From NCBI GenBank assembly GCA_039196715.1, contig JBCCUP010000002.1, positions 73,601 through 137,600 on the forward strand: a stretch of DNA of 64,000 nt, given 5' to 3'. Positions within the stretch are counted from its first letter, which is position 1. Every line of letters starts with the position of its first letter. The position numbers and the translations under genes were made by a program. The stretch comes from Pseudomonadota bacterium. GTDB lineage: Bacteria > Pseudomonadota > Gammaproteobacteria > CALCKW01. Shown here piece after piece: positions 10,375 to 21,678 of the stretch. The notes under the pieces are model-generated. The model saw nothing but the letters and a program-made list of their open reading frames with translations, was not told the DNA's origin and searched no databases.

Positions 10375-12051
10375 CTACGCCGGTTTGGTCGAGGTCTCGC
10401 CGATCACCACGCGGGTGATGTACCACTGCTGCGCAATCGACAACACGTTGTTGACGATCCAGTACAGCACCAGGCCCGCCGGAAAGAACATGAAGAACAC
10501 CATGAACATCCACGGCATGATCATGAAGACCTTCTGCTGGATCGGGTCGACTGGCGCCGGGTTGAGCTTCTGCTGGACGAACATCGAAATGCCCATCAAC
10601 ACCGGCAGCACGAAGTACGGGTCCTTGGCCGCAAGGTCCTCGATCCAGAGCAACCAAGGCGCCTGGCGAAGCTCGACCGACTCGATCAGCATCCAGTAGA
10701 GCGCGATGAAGACCGGGATCTGTATCAGCATCGGAAAACAGCTGCCGAGCGGGTTGACCTTCTCCTTCTTGTAGAGCTCCATGGTGGCCTGGCCCATTTT
10801 CTCGCGGTTGTCGCCGTAGCGTTCCTTGAGCTCGACCATCTTGGGTTGCAGCGCCTTCATGCGCGCCATCGACTTGTAGCCCATCTCCGAGAGCTTGTAG
10901 AAGAAGGCCTTGATCAACACCGTCAGCAGGACGATCGACCAACCCCAGTTGCCGACAAAGCCGTGGATCTTGTTGAGCAACCAGAAAAGCGGCTGCGCGA
11001 GCACGGTCAGGTAGCCGAAGTCGACAGTCAAGCGGAGGTTCTCGGCGTAGGATTCGAGCCGGTCTTGTATTTTTGGCCCAGCGTACACGGTCGCGCGAAA
11101 CTGCGCTGATTCGCCCGGTTGCAGGGAGGTCACGCCCGATGCCGCGCCGAGGATGTAGCGGTCGGTGTTGCGCACATAGTTGCTGTAGAAGGTGGTCTGG
11201 CCGCCCTGCTCCGGGATCAGCGCGGCGCCGAAATAGTGCTGAATCATGGCCACCCAGCCGCTGTCGGCTTCGACCCGCACGTCTTTCTCGGCGATGTCCT
11301 CGAGGTCGATCTTCTCGTAGACCTCCGCCGGTGTGCTGAGCACGCCACCCGTGTAAGAGCGAATGAACCCGTCGCTCGCGTCGTCGCCCACCGCCGAGCG
11401 CATCAGCTGGCCGTAGTGCCATCCCTGCCAGGGTGCATCGCTGTTGTTGACGACATCGTAGACCACCTCGAAACCGTACTTGTCGCGCGTGAAGACCCAG
11501 GTTTTGGTGACGTCCACGCCGTCCTCGGACCAGGTGAACGGCACTTCGAGGGTGTCGGACGTGCCGAGCTCGAACTCGGTTGCCGTGCTGCGGTAGATGT
11601 CCTGGTGGGTCGGCGCTGTGCCCTGCCCTGTCCGGGCCTGCAGGCCACTTTGCACCTGGACCACGCGAGCGGGGCCCGGCTCGAACACCCGCACCAGGCG
11701 CGTGGGTGTTTCGAGTGCCTCGGGGTAATCAAGCAGCTCGAGCAGCACCGGGTTGGCACCGCGGGAGTCGAATTCGATGTTGAGCAGGTCCGTGCGGACA
11801 CGCACCCATTGACCCTCGGGTGCCTCCGTCGCGGTGTTCACCGTCGGTGCCGCGCCGGCGCTCGGCACCACGTTGCTCGGCAGCGCGCCGTCGTCGTTCA
11901 CGGCAGCGTCACCGGTTGCACCGGCGGATTGCGTGGCATCGACGGTGTCGGCGACCGGCGGCACGTAGTGGTAGTCGAGCTGCCAGGTTTGCCAGATCAG
12001 CATCAGCATCAGGCCGAGTCCGGCATAGAGAAACAGGCGTTGGTTATCCAT
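10375..12051 (-). CDS. yidC: Membrane protein insertase YidC
   Basis: MDNQRLFLYAGLGLMLMLIWQTWQ N-terminal TM segment, a large periplasmic domain, and the C-terminal 5-TM core (…FPMLIQIPVFIALYWML…). 558 aa. Confidence 0.92.
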   Translation of the reverse strand: MDNQRLFLYAGLGLMLMLIWQTWQLDYHYVPPVADTVDATQSAGATGDAAVNDDGALPSNVVPSAGAAPTVNTATEAPEGQWVRVRTDLLNIEFDSRGANPVLLELLDYPEALETPTRLVRVFEPGPARVVQVQSGLQARTGQGTAPTHQDIYRSTATEFELGTSDTLEVPFTWSEDGVDVTKTWVFTRDKYGFEVVYDVVNNSDAPWQGWHYGQLMRSAVGDDASDGFIRSYTGGVLSTPAEVYEKIDLEDIAEKDVRVEADSGWVAMIQHYFGAALIPEQGGQTTFYSNYVRNTDRYILGAASGVTSLQPGESAQFRATVYAGPKIQDRLESYAENLRLTVDFGYLTVLAQPLFWLLNKIHGFVGNWGWSIVLLTVLIKAFFYKLSEMGYKSMARMKALQPKMVELKERYGDNREKMGQATMELYKKEKVNPLGSCFPMLIQIPVFIALYWMLIESVELRQAPWLLWIEDLAAKDPYFVLPVLMGISMFVQQKLNPAPVDPIQQKVFMIMPWMFMVFFMFFPAGLVLYWIVNNVLSIAQQWYITRVVIGETSTKPA

Positions 12052-12060
12052 ACAGGGGTA

Positions 12061-12327
12061 TCAAGGCTGTGACGGGTTATCAGGTGCGTCTTCGCGCGGT
12101 GGCACCGGGTCGTGTCCCCCGAGGCTCCACGGATTGCAGCGCACGATGCGATGCAGCGCGAGCCAGCCGCCGCGGAGCGCGCCGTGCCGCGTGATCGCCT
12201 CGATGGCATACGCCGAGCACGTCGGATGATACCGGCAACTGGCCGGAAAGTACGGACTCAAGCACAGCTGATAGAAGCGGATCGGCAGAATCAGGATGCG
12301 ACGCATTTTTGCCGTAACCGTTTCCAC
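12061..12327 (-). CDS. yidD: Membrane protein insertion efficiency factor YidD
   Basis: …[57 protein letters not shown]…: YidD signature (IRxYQ, CRFxPTCS.Y). The start is either 12327 or the internal Met at 12306. It overlaps the rnpA 3' end as usual. Confidence 0.8.
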   Translation of the reverse strand: METVTAKMRRILILPIRFYQLCLSPYFPASCRYHPTCSAYAIEAITRHGALRGGWLALHRIVRCNPWSLGGHDPVPPREDAPDNPSQP

Positions 12328-12662
12328 TGCCGTTCGAGCTCGCTGCGCAGTGCCGCCGGCGTTGCGCCCCGCACGCTGGGGTTGGCCATTGCGACCACGT
12401 CAAGGTACCCCACTACCGCGGTCTGCTGACGCCGGAAGCTCTCCCGCAGCGTGCGCTTGGCGGCGTTTCGGTCGACGGCGCGTTTCAGTGACCGCTTGGC
12501 GATTGCGAGGCCGAGGCGGCCGTTGGCGTCGTCGCTCACCCGCCCCACGAGGCGGAAATAGTGCCCGCCGACACGCACTCCGCCGCGCAACACGCGCTGA
12601 AACTCGGCGGGCTTCAGCAGACGTCGATCGCGGCCGAAGTGCTCACGGTCCCGGATCAGGAC
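12291..12662 (-). CDS. rnpA: Ribonuclease P protein component RnpA (start codon uncertain)
   Basis: …[34 protein letters not shown]…[28 protein letters not shown]… is a good RnpA match. In frame there is no ATG/GTG/TTG between the rpmH stop (12656) and the conserved RLLKPAEF block. The upstream codons are GTC-CTG-ATC. The 210-codon ORF extension upstream overlaps rpmH and is R/P-rich. Confidence 0.65.
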   Translation of the reverse strand, partial: VLIRDREHFGRDRRLLKPAEFQRVLRGGVRVGGHYFRLVGRVSDDANGRLGLAIAKRSLKRAVDRNAAKRTLRESFRRQQTAVVGYLDVVAMANPSVRGATPAALRSELERQWKRLRQKCVAS

Positions 12663-12793
12663 GGTGCGAGGCGCTTGCGGCCTTTGGCGCGGCGTGCGCG
12701 GATGACAGCGCGACCGCCGCGGGTGGCCATGCGGGCGCGGAAGCCATGGGTGCGCTTGCGTCGCAATGTGTTGGGCTGGAAAGTACGTTTCAT
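12656..12793 (-). CDS. rpmH: 50S ribosomal protein L34
   Basis: [45 protein letters not shown], 45 aa, a near-identical L34 family sequence. ATG at 12793. Confidence 0.92.
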   Translation of the reverse strand: MKRTFQPNTLRRKRTHGFRARMATRGGRAVIRARRAKGRKRLAPS

Positions 12794-12897
12794 GGCCTGA
12801 TCCTCGGACTGGGCTCTGCCGAAAGCAAAGCCGGACATAGTATGCCGACGCGCTCCTGCCGTCAAAGTAAATTCGCTTCGTGCCCGCGAAAAACGCC

Positions 12898-12906
12898 TGT
12901 GGATAA
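12898..12906 (-). promoter_or_regulatory. Perfect DnaA box (TTATCCACA, written as TGTGGATAA on the plus strand) in the rpmH-dnaA spacer
   Basis: ctgTGTGGATAActg at 12898-12906. It is the only perfect 9-mer in the 483-bp spacer, which fits dnaA autoregulation. Confidence 0.55.
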
Positions 12907-13276
12907 CTGCCCCCTGCCACGATAGACTAGCGACAGACCGCACGCCGAAGTGGCACGCGTGGCACCGGGTCGCGCGCCTCAGCGCCCCCGTACCCCGTGC
13001 CCGGCCCCGCGGTCACACCCGAACGCACAACAACACCAGTACAACGTTGCGTCGCCTGACAAACCGTCGCGTGTGCCCCTGGACACCCGGCTCGGGAGTG
13101 AGGACCACCCGCCGCTCGCGGTGAGGTGGCCAGTCGCCGTCACCGTGGGCACCGCCCCGAGCTGCCGTCGCAGCGCGGTGCCGGACCGCCCCCCCGCGCC
13201 GGAGACCGGCCGTTCCTGTGAACGGCTCCCGAGAGCACGCCCACCCGTCAGCTGGCACCACCACCGGGAGACCCTG

Positions 13277-14671
13277 TTGTCCGCACCGCTTTGGCACGCC
13301 TGTCTCGCGCAGCTCGAATCCGAGTTGACGACACGGCAGCTCGACACCTGGATCAAACCGCTGCAAGCCGAGGTGGTCGGGTCGGGTCTGCGGTTGCTGG
13401 CACCCAACCGCTTCGTCCTGGACTGGGTGGAGAAGCACTACCTCGACCGCATCATCGACGTCGCCAGCACCGTCGCCGGCAAACAGGCGACCGTGGCACT
13501 CGCCATCGGTCACCACGCGAGCACACCGGCCCGCACCGAGCGGGTCCTCGAGACCGTCGACGCGGCGCCGGCCCGGTCGGTCGCGCCGGCCGCAGCGGTC
13601 GAGCGCAACCGCGTCCCGAACCGCCACATGCCCCCGGGCAAGACCCCGTTCTGCTCCGAGCTGAACCCGAACTACACCTTCGAAGGCTTCGTCGAGGGCA
13701 AGTCGAACCACTTCGGCCGCGCGGCAGCCATGCGCATCGCCGAGAACCCTGGCTGTGGCTACAACCCGTTGTTCATCTACGGCGGCGTCGGACTCGGCAA
13801 GACCCACCTGATGCAGGCTGTCGGTCATGCCCTGCAAGAATACAAGCCTGACGCACGCATCGCTTACGTGCACTCCGAACGCTACGTACGCGAGATGATC
13901 AAGGCGCTGCAGCGCAACACCATCGACGATTTCAAGCAGTTCTACCGCTCGCTCGACGCCCTGCTGATCGATGACATCCAGTTTTTTGCCGGCAAGGAAC
14001 GCTCGCAGGAGGAGTTCTTCCACAACTTCAACGCGATGATGGAAAGCCGCCAACAGATCATCATCACCTGCGACCGCTACCCCAAGGAAGTCGACGGGCT
14101 GGAAGAACGGCTGCGTTCGCGCTTCGGCTGGGGCCTGACGGTGTCGATCGACCCGCCGGAGCTCGAAACCCGGGTGGCCATCCTGCACAGCAAGGCCGAG
14201 CAGTCCGGTGTCGAACTGCCCTCGGACGTGGCGTTTTTCATCGCCAAGCGGGTGCGCTCGAACGTGCGCGAGCTCGAGGGCGCGTTGCGCCGCGTGATTG
14301 CCACCTGCCAGTTCACTGGCCAGGCGATCACCGTCGATTTTGCCCGGGAGGCGCTGCGGGACCTGATTTCGGTGCAGGACAAGCTCATCACGCTGACCAA
14401 CATCCAGAAAACGGTCGCCGAGTACTACAAGATACCGATGAAGGACCTGCTGTCGAAACGCCGGACCCGCTCGATCGCGCGTCCGCGGCAGCTCGCGATG
14501 GCACTGAGCAAGGAAATGACCACCCACAGTCTGCCGGAGATCGGCGACGCCTTCGGTGGTCGGGACCACACCACGGTGATGCACGCGTGCAAGACGATCG
14601 CCCGCCTGCGCGAAACGGATTCGCGGCTGAACGACGACTACCTCACCCTGCGCCGCGCCATCGAGAGTTGA
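13277..14671 (+). CDS. dnaA: Chromosomal replication initiator DnaA (TTG start)
   Basis: ORF 12950..14671 trimmed to the TTG at 13277, giving (M)[32 protein letters not shown] (compare E. coli MSLSLWQQCLARLQDELP). GGGAGA Shine-Dalgarno 8 nt upstream. AAA+ module ([35 protein letters not shown]) and C-terminal DNA-binding domain IV. The 109 upstream codons are P/R-rich, non-protein-like. Confidence 0.85.
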   Translation: MSAPLWHACLAQLESELTTRQLDTWIKPLQAEVVGSGLRLLAPNRFVLDWVEKHYLDRIIDVASTVAGKQATVALAIGHHASTPARTERVLETVDAAPARSVAPAAAVERNRVPNRHMPPGKTPFCSELNPNYTFEGFVEGKSNHFGRAAAMRIAENPGCGYNPLFIYGGVGLGKTHLMQAVGHALQEYKPDARIAYVHSERYVREMIKALQRNTIDDFKQFYRSLDALLIDDIQFFAGKERSQEEFFHNFNAMMESRQQIIITCDRYPKEVDGLEERLRSRFGWGLTVSIDPPELETRVAILHSKAEQSGVELPSDVAFFIAKRVRSNVRELEGALRRVIATCQFTGQAITVDFAREALRDLISVQDKLITLTNIQKTVAEYYKIPMKDLLSKRRTRSIARPRQLAMALSKEMTTHSLPEIGDAFGGRDHTTVMHACKTIARLRETDSRLNDDYLTLRRAIES

Positions 14672-14902
14672 GCCCATGCCCTGTGATCAACTCTGTGGAC
14701 AACCCCGACACACGGCTGGGCACAGCCTGTTGAGCGATGTCGAGCCGGTTTTGTCAACAGTTTGCCAAGTCGAATCCACCCCTGGTTTCCCACAACTCCG
14801 ACAAGCACAAAGTACTGAAATTGAAAGACATATTCGTCTTTTCAACATATCCACCGTGCTTATTATTATTACTATTTTCTTAAATATATACAGGTATATT
14901 TA
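14672..14902. other. Candidate oriC: DnaA-box cluster plus AT-rich unwinding element (dnaA-dnaN spacer)
   Basis: 9-mers within 0-2 mismatches of TTATCCACA: TGTGATCAA 14681, TGTGGACAA 14694, TTTCCCACA about 14786, ATATCCACC 14847. A 42-nt tract at 14861-14902 (tattattattactattttcttaaatatatacaggtatattta) is about 88% AT in a roughly 67% GC genome and immediately precedes the dnaN ATG. Confidence 0.55.
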
Positions 14903-16003
14903 ATGAAACTGTCCCTCTCCCGTGAAGACCTTCTCGCCCCGCTTCAACGTGTGATCGGCGCCGTAGAGAAACGCCAGACCATGCCCGTGTTGTCTCACGT
15001 GTTGGTGTCCCTCACCGATGGCACCTTATCGCTGACCGCAACCGATCTCGAAATCGAGCTCCGCGATTCCGTGCACGGTGTCATGGGCGACGACAGCCAG
15101 ACCACCCTGCCCGCGCGCAAGCTGCTGGACATCTGCAAGACCTTGCCCGATGGCGCCGAGGTGGCCTTGTCCGTCAGCGGCAACAAAGCCACGTTGAAGG
15201 CCGGCCGCAGTCGCTTCAACTTGTCCACACTCGCAGCGAACGAGTTTCCCCGCACCGACGCCCTGCAAGACCCGGTGGAATTCAGTCTGCCCCAACGGGC
15301 GCTGCGCAGCGCGTTGCAAAAAACCGCCTTCTCGATGGCATTGCAGGATGTGCGTTACTACCTCAACGGGCTTCTTCTGGAGTTGTCCCCAGGCAACCTG
15401 CGCGCGGTGACCACCGACGGCCACCGACTGTCGCTCAGCGAATACCCCGTGGTCATCGATCTCGACAGCCAGCACCAGGCCATCGTCCCGCGCAAAGGCG
15501 TTCAGGAGTTGCTGCGTTTGCTCGCCGACAACGACGCGGATGTGCACGTCGCGATGACAGCGAACCACGTGCAATTCACGTTGGGGGACCTGCAGTACAC
15601 GTCGAAACTCATCGACGGTCGGTTTCCCGATTACCAGCGTGTGATGCCGGCAGACAACCCGCACATCGCCACGATTGACCGCGAAACGCTGCGTCAAGCC
15701 CTGGCCCGTGTCGCCATTCTCGCCAACGAGAAATACAAAGGCGTTCGGCTGCAATTCGGCAAGGATGTGCTTACCGTGCAGACACACAATCCCGAGCAGG
15801 AAGAAGCCGAAGACGAAATCGCCATCGGGTACGGTGGCGACCCGATCGAAATCGGATTCAACGTGGGCTACGTACTCGATGTGCTGCAGGCCATCGACTG
15901 CGAGACGGTGTTGATCAAACTCAACGACGGCAACAGCAGTGCGCTCGTCACCGCTGCCGACGACGACGACCACCGCTACGTTGTGATGCCCATGCGGCTT
16001 TGA
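14903..16003 (+). CDS. dnaN: DNA polymerase III beta sliding clamp
   Basis: MKLSLSREDLLAPLQRVIGAVEKRQTMPVLSHVLVSL..., 366 aa, a canonical DnaN N-terminus. Position follows the dnaA-dnaN-recF-gyrB synteny. Confidence 0.93.
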   Translation: MKLSLSREDLLAPLQRVIGAVEKRQTMPVLSHVLVSLTDGTLSLTATDLEIELRDSVHGVMGDDSQTTLPARKLLDICKTLPDGAEVALSVSGNKATLKAGRSRFNLSTLAANEFPRTDALQDPVEFSLPQRALRSALQKTAFSMALQDVRYYLNGLLLELSPGNLRAVTTDGHRLSLSEYPVVIDLDSQHQAIVPRKGVQELLRLLADNDADVHVAMTANHVQFTLGDLQYTSKLIDGRFPDYQRVMPADNPHIATIDRETLRQALARVAILANEKYKGVRLQFGKDVLTVQTHNPEQEEAEDEIAIGYGGDPIEIGFNVGYVLDVLQAIDCETVLIKLNDGNSSALVTAADDDDHRYVVMPMRL

Positions 16004-16037
16004 GGACCCCGGTGCGCGGCGTGTTCGGGGTCTCGTC

Positions 16038-17114
16038 ATGCAGCTGACGTCGTTGCACATTCAGAATTTCCGCGTCATAGCGGACACGCAACTGCCGTGT
16101 GACCGAGCGCTGAACTACCTCCACGGTGAGAACGGCGCCGGCAAGACTTCGGTGCTCGAAGCGCTGCACGTGCTGGCATCCGGGCAATCGTTTCGCTCCA
16201 CCCAGCTGCGTCACCTGATACGCCGTGACCAGGGACTGTTGCGGGTGTCTGCTGCGTTGAACAGCGACGCCGGCCACACCCACCGTCTCGGAATCGAAAA
16301 GCACCGGAACGGCACAACCCGGGTGCGTGTCGATGGACACGATGTGAACCGCGTGTCGGACCTGGCCGCGCACATGCCGCTGCGCGCCGTGGCGCCAGAC
16401 AGCCACGCGCTGGTGTCAGGCGGCCCGGTGTTGCGTCGGCGCTTTGTGGATTGGGGCGTGTTCCACGTGGAACAGCGCGAGCGGTTTCCCTGGCGACGGT
16501 ATGCGCGCGCGCTGGAGCAGCGCAACGCGGTGCTCAAGGGCCAACCGGAAGCGGCGTTGCTCGACGCCATCGACGAGCAGCTCGCGCAGTACGGCGACGC
16601 CATTGCGGCGTGTCGACAGGCCTACATCGACCGCATTGCTGCGTTGCTGCCCACCTACACGAGCGCGTTCGCGGACACCCTCGCAGTCGCGTGCCAGCAT
16701 GCGCAGGGGTGGCGGGGTGACGATGGCCTCGCGGCTGCGCTGCAGCGGCACCGCGCGGATTGCTTGCGCTACCGTGTGACGTCAGTGGGACCCCACCGCG
16801 GCGACATGGTGCTGACCGTCGATGGCAAGCCGGCACGCGAGGTGTTGTCCCGCGGGCAGCAAAAAGCCGTGCTCTACGCGTTGACGCTGGCGCAGGCGGA
16901 CGACTTTCACCAGCAGGGGGGGCGACGCATGATCCTGCTCTGCGACGACCTCGCGTCGGAACTGGACGCGGCGCGGTGTCAGGCGGTGCTCGAGCGCTTG
17001 CTCGGTCTCGGACACCAGCTTTTTGTCACGGGTGTAGAGCCGCAAAAAGTGCTGTCAGATCAGGCGGCTAGGGTGTTCCACGTGAAACAAGGTGAGGTCA
17101 AATTGGTGGTATAA
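16038..17114 (+). CDS. recF: DNA replication and repair protein RecF
   Basis: MQLTSLHIQNFRVIADTQL...GENGAGKTSVLEALHVLASGQSFRS Walker A and the Cys-poor RecF signature. 358 aa. Confidence 0.92.
   Translation: MQLTSLHIQNFRVIADTQLPCDRALNYLHGENGAGKTSVLEALHVLASGQSFRSTQLRHLIRRDQGLLRVSAALNSDAGHTHRLGIEKHRNGTTRVRVDGHDVNRVSDLAAHMPLRAVAPDSHALVSGGPVLRRRFVDWGVFHVEQRERFPWRRYARALEQRNAVLKGQPEAALLDAIDEQLAQYGDAIAACRQAYIDRIAALLPTYTSAFADTLAVACQHAQGWRGDDGLAAALQRHRADCLRYRVTSVGPHRGDMVLTVDGKPAREVLSRGQQKAVLYALTLAQADDFHQQGGRRMILLCDDLASELDAARCQAVLERLLGLGHQLFVTGVEPQKVLSDQAARVFHVKQGEVKLVV
16459..16474. other. parS centromere-like site (perfect palindrome TGTTCCACGTGGAACA) inside recF
   Basis: Exact 16-bp match to the ParB-binding parS consensus, read directly at 16459-16474. 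Confidence 0.75.
17074..17089. other. Second parS site (TGTTCCACGTGAAACA) at the recF 3' end
   Basis: 16-mer with one half-site variant (GTGAAACA is a recognised parS half-site). Lies 25 bp before the recF stop. Confidence 0.7.
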
Positions 17115-17129
17115 TGAGGGGTTTCGTGA

Positions 17130-19574
<2,445 letters not shown>

Positions 19575-19578
19575 ACCC

Positions 19579-21600
19579 ATGGTCCAAACGCACCGCCGTC
19601 TACCGGATTTCTCCGCCTATGACCCCGCGAGCATCGCCGAGGCGCTGCAAGCCGTGCTCGACACGGCCCAGACCGACATCGACGCGCTCTCGGTCGTGGC
19701 CGATCCAAGCTGGCAGAACTTCGTCGAGCCGCTGACCGACAGCTGCGATGCCATCGACCGCTACTGGTCACCGGTGTCGCACCTCAACGCGGTCATGAGC
19801 ACCGACGCGCTGCGTGATGCCTACAACGCCGGCCTGCAAACACTGCAGGCCTTCTACACCGACCTCGGCCAGAACCGGGCGCTGTACGACCAGTATGCTG
19901 CGATCGCGGCCGGGCCGGAGTACGACCGACTCGATGCCACACAACGCGTGGTGGTTGACAAGGCGCTGCGCGATTTTCGGCTGTCCGGTGTCGACCTCGA
20001 AGGCGAGGCGCGTGAGCGATACCGTGAGATCAGTTTGCGTTTGAGCGAACTTGGCAGCCGATACCAGGACCAGCTCCTGGACGCGACCAACGCCTGGTCG
20101 ATCACCCTGGACGACGACGCGCGTCTTCGCGGTCTGCCCGAGCACAGCAAGCAGCTGCTCGCACAGATGGCCGAGCAGGCGGGGGCAGGTGCCTATGTGG
20201 TCAACCTGCAGATGCCGAGCTACATCGCGGTGATGACCTACGCCGAGGACCGCGCGCTGCGTGAAGCGGTGTACAACGCCTACAACACGCGGGCCTCCGA
20301 CCAGGGTCCGCACGCCGGTCAGTGGGACAACGGACCGGTCATCGACGAACTGCTGGCCCTGCGCCAGGAGAAAGCGTCGCTCCTGGGTTTCGAGAGTTAC
20401 GCGGCCTTGTCGCTCGTGACCAAGATGGCCGGCAGCGCCACCGAGGTCACCGATTTCCTGCGCGACCTCGCCGGGCGGAGCAGGGTGGTCGCCGAAGAGG
20501 AGCTCCAGGCGCTGCGCGATTTTGCGGCCGAGGATGGCCTCGACGGTGAATTGCAACCCTGGGACACAGGTTTCTACGCCGAGAAGCTCCGCCTCAAGCG
20601 ACACGCGATCTCCAGCGAAGAGCTCAAACCCTACTTCCCGGCCGACCGGGCCGTGAACGGACTGTTCGCTGTGGCCAAGCGCCTGTTCGGCGTGTCGATC
20701 GAGCCCGTGGCGGGTGCAGACAGCTACCACGACGACGTGCAGCTCTACCGCATCTCGCGTGACGGCGATGAGATCGGCAACTTCTATTTCGACCTCTACA
20801 GCCGGCCATCGAAGCGGGGCGGGGCGTGGATGGCGGGCTGTGTCGACCGAAACCGGGTGGGCGACGATGTCCAGTTGCCGGCCACCTTCATGGTGTGCAA
20901 CCTCACGCCACCGATCGGCGACGCACCTGCGCTGTTTGACCACCAGGAGGTCACCACGCTGTTTCACGAGTTCGGTCACGGCTTGCACCACATGCTCACC
21001 CGCATCGACAACGCGGCGATTGCGGGGATCAACGGTGTCGAGTGGGACGCAGTCGAGTTGCCGAGTCAGTTCCTCGAGAACTGGTGTTGGCAGCGGGAGT
21101 CGCTCGACGTGATCGCGGCACACCACGAGACCGGCGACGCCATTCCCGAGGAACTGCTGGCCCGTGCGCAGGCTGCCAAGAACTTCGGCGCGGGGATGCA
21201 GATGCTTCGGCAGGTCGAATTCGGCCTGTTCGACATGCTGATTCACAGCCACGACGGCGAGGATGCGGTCGACGTGCAAGGCACGCTCGACGCGGTGCGC
21301 GCCGAGGTGTCGTTGTTGAGGCCACCGGCCGAGAACCGCTTTCAGTGTGGGTTTTCGCACCTTTTCGCCGGCGGCTATGCGGCGGGCTATTTCAGCTACA
21401 AGTGGGCTGAAGTGCTGTCGGCGGACGCCTTCTCGCGGTTCGAGGAGGAGGGCGTCTTCAGCGATGTCGCCGGGGCGGCGTTTCGCCAGGAAGTGCTCGA
21501 ACGCGGCGGTTCACGGCCGGCCATGGAGTCCTTCGTTGCGTTCCGCGGCCGCGAACCCACGGTCGATGCCCTGCTGCGCCACAACGGCCTCGCTGCCTGA
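19579..21600 (+). CDS. prlC: Oligopeptidase A (M3 family zinc metallopeptidase)
   Basis: HEFGHGLHH HEXXH zinc motif. The length and blocks (…GAWMAGC…FMVCNLTPP…) match M3A oligopeptidase A. Start taken at the ATG at 19579 (MVQTHRRLPDF…). An alternative ATG at 19567 overlaps the gyrB stop. Confidence 0.8.
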   Translation: MVQTHRRLPDFSAYDPASIAEALQAVLDTAQTDIDALSVVADPSWQNFVEPLTDSCDAIDRYWSPVSHLNAVMSTDALRDAYNAGLQTLQAFYTDLGQNRALYDQYAAIAAGPEYDRLDATQRVVVDKALRDFRLSGVDLEGEARERYREISLRLSELGSRYQDQLLDATNAWSITLDDDARLRGLPEHSKQLLAQMAEQAGAGAYVVNLQMPSYIAVMTYAEDRALREAVYNAYNTRASDQGPHAGQWDNGPVIDELLALRQEKASLLGFESYAALSLVTKMAGSATEVTDFLRDLAGRSRVVAEEELQALRDFAAEDGLDGELQPWDTGFYAEKLRLKRHAISSEELKPYFPADRAVNGLFAVAKRLFGVSIEPVAGADSYHDDVQLYRISRDGDEIGNFYFDLYSRPSKRGGAWMAGCVDRNRVGDDVQLPATFMVCNLTPPIGDAPALFDHQEVTTLFHEFGHGLHHMLTRIDNAAIAGINGVEWDAVELPSQFLENWCWQRESLDVIAAHHETGDAIPEELLARAQAAKNFGAGMQMLRQVEFGLFDMLIHSHDGEDAVDVQGTLDAVRAEVSLLRPPAENRFQCGFSHLFAGGYAAGYFSYKWAEVLSADAFSRFEEEGVFSDVAGAAFRQEVLERGGSRPAMESFVAFRGREPTVDALLRHNGLAA

Positions 21601-21626
21601 TCGGCACGCTGCGGCGGTGAGGCCCC

Positions 21627-21648
21627 GGCTGGCCAACGAGGGCCAGCC
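21627..21648. terminator. GC-rich hairpin after prlC (possible terminator, no U-tract)
   Basis: GGCTGGCC-aacgag-GGCCAGCC perfect 8-bp inverted repeat, 27 bp after the prlC stop. Confidence 0.25.
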
Positions 21649-21678
21649 TCCACGCACCCGGATCCACAGAGGTGAGCT

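Noticed and set aside
9026-11422. 798-aa ORF suggesting a giant MnmE.
   Set aside because: Only the C-terminal 448 codons match MnmE. The upstream part is an R/G-rich frame running antisense-offset through yidC, and the yidC stop sits 2 nt upstream of the GTG start.
12950-13276. 109-codon N-terminal extension of dnaA.
   Set aside because: P/R/A-rich, with no similarity to DnaA domain I. The TTG at 13277 reproduces the conserved MS..LW..CL N-terminus and has a good RBS.
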